Origin: Chloroflexota bacterium
Lineage (GTDB): Bacteria > Chloroflexota > Limnocylindria > Limnocylindrales > CSP1-4
Direction: 5' to 3'
Assembly: GCA_030447745.1 (NCBI GenBank)
Contig: JAUJOH010000006.1
Location: 68,217-132,216 of the forward strand
DNA length: 64,000 bases
Part shown: positions 38,307-46,864 of the stretch, piece by piece
Numbering within the stretch: position 1 is the stretch's first letter
Layout of the letters: every line of letters begins with the position of its first letter
Position numbers and translations under genes: made by a program
The notes under the pieces: model-generated
Database searches by the model: none
What the model was told of the DNA's origin: nothing
What the model saw: only the letters and a program-made list of their open reading frames with translations

Positions 38307-38499
38307 GCTCGTCGAGCCTCCCTCGCGGTGGTCGTCCCGCCGCGAACCCTACCGCACCGTGGCGGCCGGGGCGCGGGGTGCGGCAGGACTCCGCGCCACC
38401 GGCGCAATCGAGGCGGGCACGGGCGTGACCGGCGCGAACTCGCAGGCTGCAACGAGGACCCAGACCGGCGCAGTCGCGAGCGCTCCCAGCCGGCGCATG

Positions 38500-38779
38500 T
38501 CAGGCGTTGTCGAGCTCGCGCGAGATAGCCCGGAGGATGAACCGCGCCGCCTCGGCGCTCTTGCCGCCGAGCTTCTGGACCCTCCTCCTGCTCGAGCGCG
38601 ACCATCAGGTCCGAGAGCATGGCATCGAGCCGAGGCGTACGACGCAGGTCGCCGGCCGCGAAGGCGACGTCCAGCCGGGCGACCGCCGCCCGCGCATTCT
38701 CGACGGCGTGACCGCGCGCCTCGATCAGGTCCCGGAAGTCGGCCCGCGCCTGGTCCCCGCCCGGGCCGCGCATCGTCAC
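38500..38779 (-). CDS. small (about 93 aa) predicted helical protein of unknown function, apparent +1 frame disruption at about 38580-38583
   Basis: The N-terminal part (DQARADFRDLIEARGHAVENARAAVARLD...MLSDLMVALEQEE) is in the ORF 38258..38779 frame. A protein-like C-terminus (VQKLGGKSAEAARFILRAISRELDNA-stop) follows in the next frame. The gene overlaps the upstream GNAT gene by 4 bp. Confidence 0.35.
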
Positions 38780-39417
38780 GGCGCGGCCGCCTCCTGCGGC
38801 GTCCGCTCGACCGTGCCACGGACGCCCGGCTCGGCGTGCTCAGCGCGACCCGCGGCCGCGGAGCGAGGCTGCCACTCCGAGTCGAGGATGCTCATCGTGA
38901 CCTCGTCCCACCAGCGGCCGTCGCGCCAGATGGCCTCCCGCGCCCGGCCCTCGACCACGAATCCGCACGAGCGGTACGACCGGATCGCCCGTTCGTTGAA
39001 CTCGAAGACGGCGAGCGCGATCCGGTGGAGCCCCAGCGTCCCGAACGCATGCCGGAGCATCAACTGCGTCGCCTCGGTGCCGTAGCCCTTGCCCCAGGCA
39101 TCCTTCTCGCCGATGGTGATGTGGTACATCGCCGAGCCGTTCTCGCCGTCGAGCTGGCTGAACGCCGTCGTCCCGATCAGCCGGTCGTTGCGCCGTTCGT
39201 GGATCGCGAGCGCGAGCGAGTCGCGGCCCACGACGCGAGCGGCGAAGAAGCGCTCGATCTCGTCGCGCCGCATCGGCCCGTCCTGGTAGCGGGTCAGCCG
39301 GGCGACCTCCGGGTCGGCGTACCAGCGCTCGAACGCCCGGAGATTGCCGGGCACGTGCCTCCGCAGGACGACGCGATCGCCCTCGAGTCGTTCGGGGAAC
39401 CAGCCCGGCTGAGCCAT
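38776..39417 (-). CDS. GNAT-family N-acetyltransferase (RimJ/RimL-like)
   Basis: Supporting sequence: RLIGTTAFSQLD..., GKGYGTEATQLMLRHAF, LHRIALAVFEFNERAIRSYRSCGF. The start is at ATG 39417. Confidence 0.8.
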   Translation of the reverse strand: MAQPGWFPERLEGDRVVLRRHVPGNLRAFERWYADPEVARLTRYQDGPMRRDEIERFFAARVVGRDSLALAIHERRNDRLIGTTAFSQLDGENGSAMYHITIGEKDAWGKGYGTEATQLMLRHAFGTLGLHRIALAVFEFNERAIRSYRSCGFVVEGRAREAIWRDGRWWDEVTMSILDSEWQPRSAAAGRAEHAEPGVRGTVERTPQEAAAP

Positions 39418-39444
39418 GGGGGGTGACGGTATACCATCGCCCGC

Positions 39445-41142
39445 ATGCGCCGCTGGAGCGAGCTGGCGGAGCGCGTCGCCGGGACGACCCGGACCTCCGA
39501 GAAGACCGCGCTCCTCGCCGATTACCTGCGCAGCCTCGCCCCGGAGCAGCTTCCGATCGCGTGCGTCTTCCTGACCGGCCGGCCGTTCCCGGAGGCGGAC
39601 CAGCGAGCGACCGGGCTGGGCTGGGCGGCGATCGTGACGGCCGTGACGGCTCTGGTCGACGTCCCGCGCAGCGATCTCGGCGAGGCCTACGACCGGACGT
39701 CGGACCTCGGACGCGCCGTGGCCGACGTGCTGGGCCGCGCCGGTCATGCCCCGGACCCGGCCGCGTCCCCTTCGCTGTCGGAGGTGGTCGCCGCCTACGC
39801 GGCGATCGAGCAGGCGTCCGGTCCGGCGAAGAAGGCCGCCATCCTCGGGGCGCTGCTCGGCCGGTGCGACCCGTTGACCGCGAAGTACGTCGTCAAGGTG
39901 CTGGGCGGTGAGCTGCGCATCGGCTTGCGGGAGGGGCTCGTCGAGGCCGCCATCGCACGGGCATTCGACCGGCCGCTCGAGGAGGTCAAGTGGGCCGGCA
40001 TGCTGACCGGTGACGTCGGCCGGCTGGCCGAGCTGGCGCGCGACGGCGTTCTCGGCGACGCGGCGCTCGCGCTGTTCCACCCGATCAAGTTCATGCTCGC
40101 CTCGCCCGCCGAGGACGCCGCAGAGATCGTCCGGCGCCTCGGCGTCCCGGTCTGGGTCGAGGACAAGTACGACGGCATCCGGGCCCAGCTCCACAAGCTC
40201 GGCACGGACGTCCGGCTCTACTCGCGCGACCTGCACGACGTGAGTGGGCAGTTTCCGGAGGTCGTCGAGGCGTCACGGGACCTGGCCTGGGACGGGATCC
40301 TCGACGGTGAGGTCCTCGCCTACCGCGACGGCGTGGTGATGCCGTTCCTCGCCCTGCAGGCGCGCCTCGGCCGCAAGAACCCCTCGGCCGCCATCCGCGC
40401 CGACGTGCCGGTCATCTACGTCGCCTTCGACGTGCTCGGCCACGGACCCGGCGGCGGCGCGCCGGTCGAGCCGCTGCTCCGCGAGCCCCTGGAGGTCCGC
40501 CGCCGCCGGCTCGAGGGCGCCCGACTGCCGCTGGCGGACGACGGCGGGGCCTTCGCGCTGTCCCACCTCGTGAGCGTCGAATCGGCGGAGGCGCTGGACG
40601 ACGCGTTCACCTTTGCCCGCGCGCGGCGGAACGAGGGCCTGATGGTCAAGGACCCGCGGAGCGGCTACTCGCCCGGCCGGCGCGGTCTCGGTTGGCTCAA
40701 GATGAAGAAGGCGCTGGCGACGATTGACTGCGTGGTCGTGGGCGTCGAGGTGGGCCACGGCAAGCGGCACGGCGTCCTCAGCGACTACACGTTCGCGGTT
40801 CGCGACGACGACCGCGGCCGCCTCGTGACGATCGGCAAGGCGTACAGCGGCCTGACCGACGCGGAGATCGCCGAGATGACGCGCTGGTTCGAGGCGCACA
40901 CCATCCAGCGCTTCGGGCGCTACCGGCAGGTGGAGCCGTCGATCGTCGTCGAGGTCGCCTTCGACGTGATCGTCCGGTCCACCCGGCACCAGTCCGGCTA
41001 CTCGCTGCGCTTCCCGCGGATCGCGCGTCTGCGTCCCGACAAGACACCGGCCGAGATCGACACGCTGGACACGGTTCGTGCCCTGTACGAGGGCCTCCAG
41101 TCGGGCGCGGAGCTGCTGGTGACCGCGGGCGCCCGGGCATAG
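39445..41142 (+). CDS. ATP-dependent DNA ligase (three-domain, LigB/Lig1-like)
   Basis: Motif I is EDKYDGIRAQLH, with LDGEVLA, EGLMVK, WLKMKK and an OB-domain C-terminus. There is an N-terminal DNA-binding domain. Confidence 0.9.
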   Translation: MRRWSELAERVAGTTRTSEKTALLADYLRSLAPEQLPIACVFLTGRPFPEADQRATGLGWAAIVTAVTALVDVPRSDLGEAYDRTSDLGRAVADVLGRAGHAPDPAASPSLSEVVAAYAAIEQASGPAKKAAILGALLGRCDPLTAKYVVKVLGGELRIGLREGLVEAAIARAFDRPLEEVKWAGMLTGDVGRLAELARDGVLGDAALALFHPIKFMLASPAEDAAEIVRRLGVPVWVEDKYDGIRAQLHKLGTDVRLYSRDLHDVSGQFPEVVEASRDLAWDGILDGEVLAYRDGVVMPFLALQARLGRKNPSAAIRADVPVIYVAFDVLGHGPGGGAPVEPLLREPLEVRRRRLEGARLPLADDGGAFALSHLVSVESAEALDDAFTFARARRNEGLMVKDPRSGYSPGRRGLGWLKMKKALATIDCVVVGVEVGHGKRHGVLSDYTFAVRDDDRGRLVTIGKAYSGLTDAEIAEMTRWFEAHTIQRFGRYRQVEPSIVVEVAFDVIVRSTRHQSGYSLRFPRIARLRPDKTPAEIDTLDTVRALYEGLQSGAELLVTAGARA

Positions 41143-41194
41143 CCCGGCTCGCGTCGCGGCTCTCCCGTCGCATTCCCCTCGCTAGACTGCCGGC

Positions 41195-42037
41195 ATGTTC
41201 GACGGCGTTCAGGGGACCGGCGGCGACGAGCAGACTGTCTCGCTGACGCTGTACACCGACTCGTACGTGATCCGCGGCACGATGCGCACGCGGCAGCACC
41301 GGGTCGCGGACGCCCTCAACGAGCCCGAGCACGACTTCGTCGTCCTGACCGACACCGTCCTCGACGAGTACGGGAGCCGGGCGCCGGCGGTCCGCGCCGC
41401 GTACGCCCAGGTCAATCTCGGTGCCGTCCTCTTCGCCGCCGGCGAAGCGCGCGGCGAGGCGGTCCCGGAGCAGGGGACGCCGAAGGTCTCCGAGCCCGCG
41501 ATGATCTCGATCCCGCCGTTCCGGATCGCAGGGCGAATCCACCTGTTGCGCGAGCGGCACCTGCGCGACCCGATCGGTGGGCTCATCGGCCGGTTCGTGC
41601 CGGTCACGGACGCCGCGTTCTGGTCGGAGGCCGCCGGCGTGGCGCGCCAGACCGCCTCGATGGTTGCGTTCAACCGCGCCCGCGCCCAGATCGTCGTGCC
41701 GCACGGGGAAGCGGACCGATCGGCCGGGCTCGGCCGGTCCGGGGAGGCGGACACCGGAGGCGGCGCCCCCGATGCCATTGGCGACGTCCCGACAGAAGCG
41801 GCCTCGACCTCGACCGTGCTGGGCGTCCAGGACCCGTGGCCTGGCGGCACCCAACCGAGCGAGACGCCGGACCGCCCCGCCGCCGATCCCTCGCGAGACA
41901 CCGCGGCCGGCGGTGCCGGCGGTGCCGCGGGAGCGCCCCGGGACGCCGGCTCGGGCCCCGGCAATCCCTGGGGCGGGGCGGGCGGCGACCCGTGGGGCAC
42001 GCGCCGTACCCGTCGCGACGACGAGCTGATCGGCTGA
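41195..42037 (+). CDS. hypothetical protein: duplicated N-terminal beta-rich module plus a G/P/W/D-rich disordered tail
   Basis: 280-aa ORF with normal composition in residues 1-170. I recognise no motif. Confidence 0.5.
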   Translation: MFDGVQGTGGDEQTVSLTLYTDSYVIRGTMRTRQHRVADALNEPEHDFVVLTDTVLDEYGSRAPAVRAAYAQVNLGAVLFAAGEARGEAVPEQGTPKVSEPAMISIPPFRIAGRIHLLRERHLRDPIGGLIGRFVPVTDAAFWSEAAGVARQTASMVAFNRARAQIVVPHGEADRSAGLGRSGEADTGGGAPDAIGDVPTEAASTSTVLGVQDPWPGGTQPSETPDRPAADPSRDTAAGGAGGAAGAPRDAGSGPGNPWGGAGGDPWGTRRTRRDDELIG

Positions 42038-42068
42038 CATCCCGCCGGCGGTCGGGCCGGCTCGGGCG

Positions 42069-42941
42069 TCAGGAGCGCCCGACCGGGAGGTCCAGCCGAT
42101 CGCCCCAATCGGTCCAGCCGCCGTCGTACACGGCCACGTCCTCGTGGCCGAGGAGCGCGAGCACGAACGCCAGCTTCGCGGCTGCGACGCCGCCGCCGTC
42201 GTAGCAGACCATCCGACGGCCGCGGGTCACGCCGGCGCGATGGAGCAGGTCGCGCACCTCGCTTCCGCGCCGGAACCGCTGGCTGCCGGGCTGCGACAGG
42301 GCGGCGGCGGGCACGTTGACCGCGCCGGGGATGTGCCCCAGCCGGCGGCTGTTGCCTTCGAGCCCGCGGAACTCCGCCGGCGCGCGCGCATCGAGGAGCA
42401 TCGCGTCCGGCGAACCGAGGAGCACCCGGATGTCCGCGGTCGTCAGCCGCATCCGGAGCTGGGCGCGCGGCGAGAAGGTGGCGCGGGGAGGCGGGACGTC
42501 CGCATTCGAGAGCGGCCGGTCCTCCTCCAGCCAAGCCGGGAAGCCGCCGTCGAGGATGCGGGCCGACTCGAACCCGTAGGCCCGCAGGCTCCACCAGACG
42601 CGTGCGGCGTAGAGACTGAGCGTGTCGTCGTAGATGACGAGGGTCGTGCCGTCGCCGACCCCCGCCCGTCCGAGCGTGGCGGCCACCTGCTCCGGACCGG
42701 CCAGGAGGAACGCCTGGCCCGCGTCCTCGCGGGACACCAGCTCCGTCACCCAGTCGATGTGCGCGGCACCCGGCACGTGCCCGAGAGTGAACACCTGGCG
42801 CGCCGTCCCGTCGGGCCGCCAGCGGACGTCGAGGACGCGGAGCTCCGGGCGGCCGAGATGCTCTGCCAGCCACTCCGTGGTCGCGAGGACCTCGGGGCGC
42901 GCGTAGCCCGGCGTACGCTGGCGCAGCGCGCCGCGGTTCAT
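42069..42941 (-). CDS. thiosulfate/3-mercaptopyruvate sulfurtransferase (tandem rhodanese domains)
   Basis: Two rhodanese repeats are present, with the active-site loop CYDGGGVAAA. The N-terminus begins VLATTEWLAEHL. Confidence 0.85.
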   Translation of the reverse strand: MNRGALRQRTPGYARPEVLATTEWLAEHLGRPELRVLDVRWRPDGTARQVFTLGHVPGAAHIDWVTELVSREDAGQAFLLAGPEQVAATLGRAGVGDGTTLVIYDDTLSLYAARVWWSLRAYGFESARILDGGFPAWLEEDRPLSNADVPPPRATFSPRAQLRMRLTTADIRVLLGSPDAMLLDARAPAEFRGLEGNSRRLGHIPGAVNVPAAALSQPGSQRFRRGSEVRDLLHRAGVTRGRRMVCYDGGGVAAAKLAFVLALLGHEDVAVYDGGWTDWGDRLDLPVGRS

Positions 42942-42994
42942 CGGCCGGGGCGGGGCTGTCCGGGAGCGTCGGGCATCATCGGTATCATACGGCC

Positions 42995-44119
42995 GTGGCC
43001 GGCCCGTCCATGCCCGATCCTGGGAAGATCGCGGCGGTGCGGGACGCGCTCCCGTCGGTCGGCGCGGGGATCTATCTGAACGCGCCGGTGGCGGGGCCGT
43101 TGCCCGCCGAGAGCGCCGCCGCCATCGCCGAGGCCGCGCAGTGGGAGCTCGCCACGGGTCGCGCCCACCGCTACCGCGCCGAGGACGCCGCGGCGCGCGT
43201 CGACGAGGCGCGCGCCGCGGTCGCCGCGATCCTCACCACGGACCTCGACGAGGTGATCCTGGCGCACGGCGTGGACGATGCGCTGGTGCGCGCCATCCGA
43301 ACGGTCCCGTGGCGCCCGGGCGACCGGATCGCGGTTGTCGACGACCGGGCATTGCGCCGTCTCGAGGCGCTCGCGCCGCCGGGCGTCGGACTCGCGTGGC
43401 TGCCTGCGACGGACGCCACCGAGGCGCCGGCCATGCTCGGCGCGGCACTGCTCGCACCGGACGTCCGCCTGGTCGTCGTACCGCTCGTCGCCGCGGGCAC
43501 GGGCGTCCGCCTGCCCGTCGAAGCGATGGCGCACGCGGCGAGCGAGCGTGGCGTCCGGCTGCTCGTGGACGCCAGCCTCGCGGTCGGCGCCGTCCCCGTT
43601 GATCGGCTGGCGCTCGGAGCCGACCTCGTCGTCGCACGCTCGGAGTCGTGGCTCCTCGGCCCTGAGGGGCTCGCCGTCGTCGCCGGTCCGGGGCTGACGC
43701 CGGTCCACGACGGCTTCCACCTGCCGTCCGTCGTGGGCTTCGCCCGGGGCTGCGGCTGGCTCTCGATGTACGTCGGACTGCCGTGGATCCACGACCGCGG
43801 CCGCTCGCTCACGGAACACGCAGCCGACCGGCTGGCGGCCATCCCCGGGGTGCGGGTGCTGACGCCGGCCTCGCGCGCGACGACCCTCGCCTTCGCGATC
43901 GGCGGCTGGAGCGCCGACCAGGCGCTCGAGGAGCTGGGTGGCCGGATCTTCCTCCTCGCCGACGCCGCCGCGGCCGACGTCCTCCGCATCGGGATCGGCT
44001 TCTGGAACACGATCGACGAGCTCGACCGGCTGGCGGACGCCGTGGCCCTGCTCGCCGCCCACACGCCGGCGACGCTGCCGCGCCGGCCGCGGCTCGCGAT
44101 GCTCGGCGAGGTGCCGTGA
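42995..44119 (+). CDS. class-V aminotransferase-fold PLP-dependent enzyme (cysteine desulfurase/IscS-related family)
   Basis: YLNAPVAGPLP, AAILTTDLDEVIL and the overall length fit the family. The start may be GTG 42995 or ATG 43010. Confidence 0.6.
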   Translation: MAGPSMPDPGKIAAVRDALPSVGAGIYLNAPVAGPLPAESAAAIAEAAQWELATGRAHRYRAEDAAARVDEARAAVAAILTTDLDEVILAHGVDDALVRAIRTVPWRPGDRIAVVDDRALRRLEALAPPGVGLAWLPATDATEAPAMLGAALLAPDVRLVVVPLVAAGTGVRLPVEAMAHAASERGVRLLVDASLAVGAVPVDRLALGADLVVARSESWLLGPEGLAVVAGPGLTPVHDGFHLPSVVGFARGCGWLSMYVGLPWIHDRGRSLTEHAADRLAAIPGVRVLTPASRATTLAFAIGGWSADQALEELGGRIFLLADAAAADVLRIGIGFWNTIDELDRLADAVALLAAHTPATLPRRPRLAMLGEVP

Positions 44120-44520
44120 CGGCGCAGCGGCCGAGACCCCGCCGGCGAGGGCCCGTGGAGGTGCGCTGGCGGCAGTTCCGGAACGCCCCGCGGCCGGTCG
44201 TCCGGGCGGTGGCGTCGAGCCTCGTCGTCGCGGTGGTGCTCGGGCTTGCGTACCTGGCCTACGACGTCGCGCTGAGCCGCGGCGCGATGCTGCCCGGTGG
44301 AGACCTCCGCGTGCTCCTCGTGGCGGTCTACGTCGCCGTGGTCCTCGCGAGCGGCAGCGTAGTGACGTGGCTCGTCGTGCCGCAACCGACGGGGTCCGGC
44401 CGCCGGACCGTCCGGAGCCCCTGGAGCGCGGCGCTCGGGCTGTTCGCGGCGGTCCCGATCGCGTACCTGGTGATGGTCGTGATGGTCCAGGTGCTCCGGC
44501 CGCTGCTCGCGGGCGGGTGA
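44116..44520 (+). CDS. small membrane protein (3 predicted TM segments), unknown function
   Basis: There is a GTGA overlap with the upstream gene. Hydrophobic segments: LVVAVVLGLAYLAY, LLVAVYVAVVLASG, LGLFAAVPIAYLVMVVMV. Confidence 0.45.
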   Translation: MTAQRPRPRRRGPVEVRWRQFRNAPRPVVRAVASSLVVAVVLGLAYLAYDVALSRGAMLPGGDLRVLLVAVYVAVVLASGSVVTWLVVPQPTGSGRRTVRSPWSAALGLFAAVPIAYLVMVVMVQVLRPLLAGG

Positions 44521-44546
44521 GCCGATTCCCCCGCACGCCTCGTCGG

Positions 44547-45395
44547 CTACCCGAGACCGCGCGCGTCGAGCGCGCGTCCCCATCCCAGCAGGCGCACGGC
44601 GACGAGCACGCCGAACGCGGCCGCCACGAGGACCGCTGCTGCGGCGATCGACCGATCGAGCTGGCCGGCCTGGAACTCGGCGTAGACGACCAGCGGCAGC
44701 GTCTGGGTCCGCCCCTCGACGTTGCCGGCGAACATGATCGTCGCGCCGAACTCCCCGAGCGCGCGCGCCCAGCTCATCACGAGGCCGGCCGCGAGCGCGG
44801 GCGCGGCGAGGGGGATCGTCAGCCAGCGGACGACCTGGAGCTCGGATGCGCCGTCGGTCCGGCCGGCGTCCTCGAGGTCCCGATCCACCGCGGCCAGCCC
44901 CGCTCGCGCCGACCGGACGAAGAATGGCGCGGCAACGAAGGTCTGGGCGATCACGACAGCCCCGGTCGTGAACGGGACGGTCAGCCCGAGCGCATCGATC
45001 GGCTCGCCGAGCAGCCCGCGGCGCCCGAACACGAGCAGCAGCGCGAGCCCCGCGACTGACGGGGGAAGAACGATCGGCAGATCGACCAGCGTCTCGATCA
45101 CGGCCGCTCCGCGCAGCCGCCCACGGGCGAGCGCCCACGCCAGGGGAAAGCCGATCGCGACGGTGAGCGCCAGGCTGACCGCGGTGGTGGCCAGGCTCAG
45201 CACGAGCGCATCGAGCACGACGCGTGCCGTGACGGCCTCCGCGAGCGCGCCACCCGCCAGCGCCCGGGCGACGAGCGTCGCCACCGGCAACCCGAGGAAG
45301 AGCCCGGGCAGCACGAGGAGCGGCACGAGGCGGCCCGGCGGACGGCCGCCGTCGGCAGGTGCTCGATCCGGCCGCCGCGCGGCGGCGCCGATCAC
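44547..45395 (-). CDS. modB: molybdate ABC transporter permease
   Basis: PIVLPPSVAGLALL, DLEDAGRTDGAS and ARALGEFGATIMFAGN are ModB signatures. There is a GTGA overlap with modA. Confidence 0.85.
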   Translation of the reverse strand: MIGAAARRPDRAPADGGRPPGRLVPLLVLPGLFLGLPVATLVARALAGGALAEAVTARVVLDALVLSLATTAVSLALTVAIGFPLAWALARGRLRGAAVIETLVDLPIVLPPSVAGLALLLVFGRRGLLGEPIDALGLTVPFTTGAVVIAQTFVAAPFFVRSARAGLAAVDRDLEDAGRTDGASELQVVRWLTIPLAAPALAAGLVMSWARALGEFGATIMFAGNVEGRTQTLPLVVYAEFQAGQLDRSIAAAAVLVAAAFGVLVAVRLLGWGRALDARGLG

Positions 45396-46195
45396 GGCGC
45401 GGCCAGGAAGCCGTGCTCGTGGAGGATCGCCTGGCCCTCGGGCCCGGCGATCCAGTCGAGGAACGAGCGCGCAAGCGCCGGTGTGTCGGTGGCCTTGACG
45501 ACGACGCCGCTGTAGACGGCCACCACGTTCGCCTCGCGGGGGAGCTCGACCACGTCGATTCCCTGCCCGGCCCGAGCGTCGGTGACGTAGACGATGCCGG
45601 CGTCCCCCTCGCCGAGCTGGATCTTGGCGAGGACGGCCCGGACGTTGTCCTCCCGGGAGACGACATTGGCCTGGTACGCGGACGCGAAGTCCGCCGGGTA
45701 GCCCTCGATGCCCGCGAGCCGCTCGATGACCTGGTTGGTGTACCGCGTGACCGGCACCTCCTCGCCGGCCGCGATGATCCGGACGCCCGGGCGTGCGAGG
45801 TCGCGCGGGCTCTCGAGCCCGGCCGGATCGTCCTTCGGGATGGCGACGATCAGCTCGTTGGCGGCGAAGGCAACCGGATCGCCGTCGGCCAGCCCGGCGT
45901 CGGCCAGGACATCGGGGTTCGTCGTGTCGGCGGACAGGAAGACGTCGGCCGGCGCACCGTGCTCGATCTGGGCGCGAAGGGCGGCGGACGAGTCGGTGGC
46001 AATCCTGAGCGTCGTGCCCGAGGTCGCCTGCCAGGCGGCCGCCAGGCGCTCGAGCGGTCCCTGGAGCGAGGCCGCAGCGAGAACCGTGAGCTCGGTGGGC
46101 GGCTTGGCCGCCGCGGTTGCTCCCGGGACGGAGCACCCGGCGACGGCGGCGACCGCGACGGCGAGGGCCGGAAGCCGGGGGCCGCGACGCGTCAT
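45392..46195 (-). CDS. modA: molybdate-binding periplasmic lipoprotein
   Basis: Lipobox VAGCS is present, with LTVLAAASLQGPLE, DVFLSAD and GEGDAGIVYVTDA. Confidence 0.85.
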   Translation of the reverse strand: MTRRGPRLPALAVAVAAVAGCSVPGATAAAKPPTELTVLAAASLQGPLERLAAAWQATSGTTLRIATDSSAALRAQIEHGAPADVFLSADTTNPDVLADAGLADGDPVAFAANELIVAIPKDDPAGLESPRDLARPGVRIIAAGEEVPVTRYTNQVIERLAGIEGYPADFASAYQANVVSREDNVRAVLAKIQLGEGDAGIVYVTDARAGQGIDVVELPREANVVAVYSGVVVKATDTPALARSFLDWIAGPEGQAILHEHGFLAAP

Positions 46196-46608
46196 CCCTG
46201 CCGCGGTGCGGCGACCTCGACCATCACGTGCGTTGCCTTGACCACGCACACTGCCTCGTCGCCGACGCGGAGGCCGAGCTCGTCCGCCGCCTCCGCGGTC
46301 ATCAGGCTGACCAGGCGGTGGGGGCCGGCGAGCACCTCCACGACGGCGGCAACCCGATCCTTCTCGATCCGCGTCACGATGCCCGCGAACCGGTTCCGCG
46401 CCGACTGCGCGACGATTGGGCGATCCGCAGCCGCCCGACGCCGCTCGTCGACCAGGCGCGCGACCTCGGCGATCGGGAGGAGCCGCTGGCCGCCCGCGCT
46501 CCGAGTCGTCCGCAGCCGGCCCGTCTCCGCCCAGCGACGCAGCGTGTCAACCGACACACCGAGCATCTTCGCCGCCCGCCCGATCCGGATCTGCGCCTCC
46601 GCGTTCAT
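46192..46608 (-). CDS. MerR/excisionase-type HTH fused to a TOBE/Mop molybdate-binding domain (molybdenum-responsive regulator)
   Basis: The N-terminal HTH is IGRAAKMLGVSVDTLRRWAETGRL. The C-terminal TOBE domain reads SARNRFAGIVTRIEKDRVAAVVEV...GDEAVCVVKATHVMV. The gene overlaps modA by 4 bp. Confidence 0.8.
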   Translation of the reverse strand: MNAEAQIRIGRAAKMLGVSVDTLRRWAETGRLRTTRSAGGQRLLPIAEVARLVDERRRAAADRPIVAQSARNRFAGIVTRIEKDRVAAVVEVLAGPHRLVSLMTAEAADELGLRVGDEAVCVVKATHVMVEVAAPRQG

Positions 46609-46697
46609 GCCCCGAATGATCGCGATCTGGAGCGGAGTTGTCTAGGCAACGCGATGACCGATGCAGTCTTCCGTCCGGGGTGTACGATCGCCGGGAC

Positions 46698-46773
46698 GGG
46701 GGAGTAGCTCAGCGGTTAGAGCGGTCGGCTTATATCCGACTGGTCCCTGGTTCGAATCCAGGCTCCCCTACCA
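46698..46773 (+). tRNA. tRNA-Ile, anticodon TAT (UAU), genomically encoded CCA
   Basis: I folded the cloverleaf by hand. Acceptor GGGGGAG/CTCCCCT (G1-U72 wobble), D-arm GCTC-AGCGGTTA-GAGC. Anticodon stem GTCGG/CCGAC with loop C-T-TAT-A-T. T-arm CCTGG-TTCGAAT-CCAGG, then A73 and CCA. Confidence 0.85.
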
Positions 46774-46864
46774 CCGGTGCCGGACGGGCACCGTGTCAGG
46801 GCGCTGCAACTCCGGCCGACGGGACGCAGCGCGCGCGTCACGAGGATCGGGGGACGCTTCGGTC

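Noticed and set aside
46683-46688. TACGAT as the -10 box of a tRNA promoter, 9 nt before the tRNA 5' end.
   Set aside because: No convincing -35 hexamer lies at 16-18 nt. The same hexamer occurs in the better-supported erpA promoter, so it is too weak to list as a feature.
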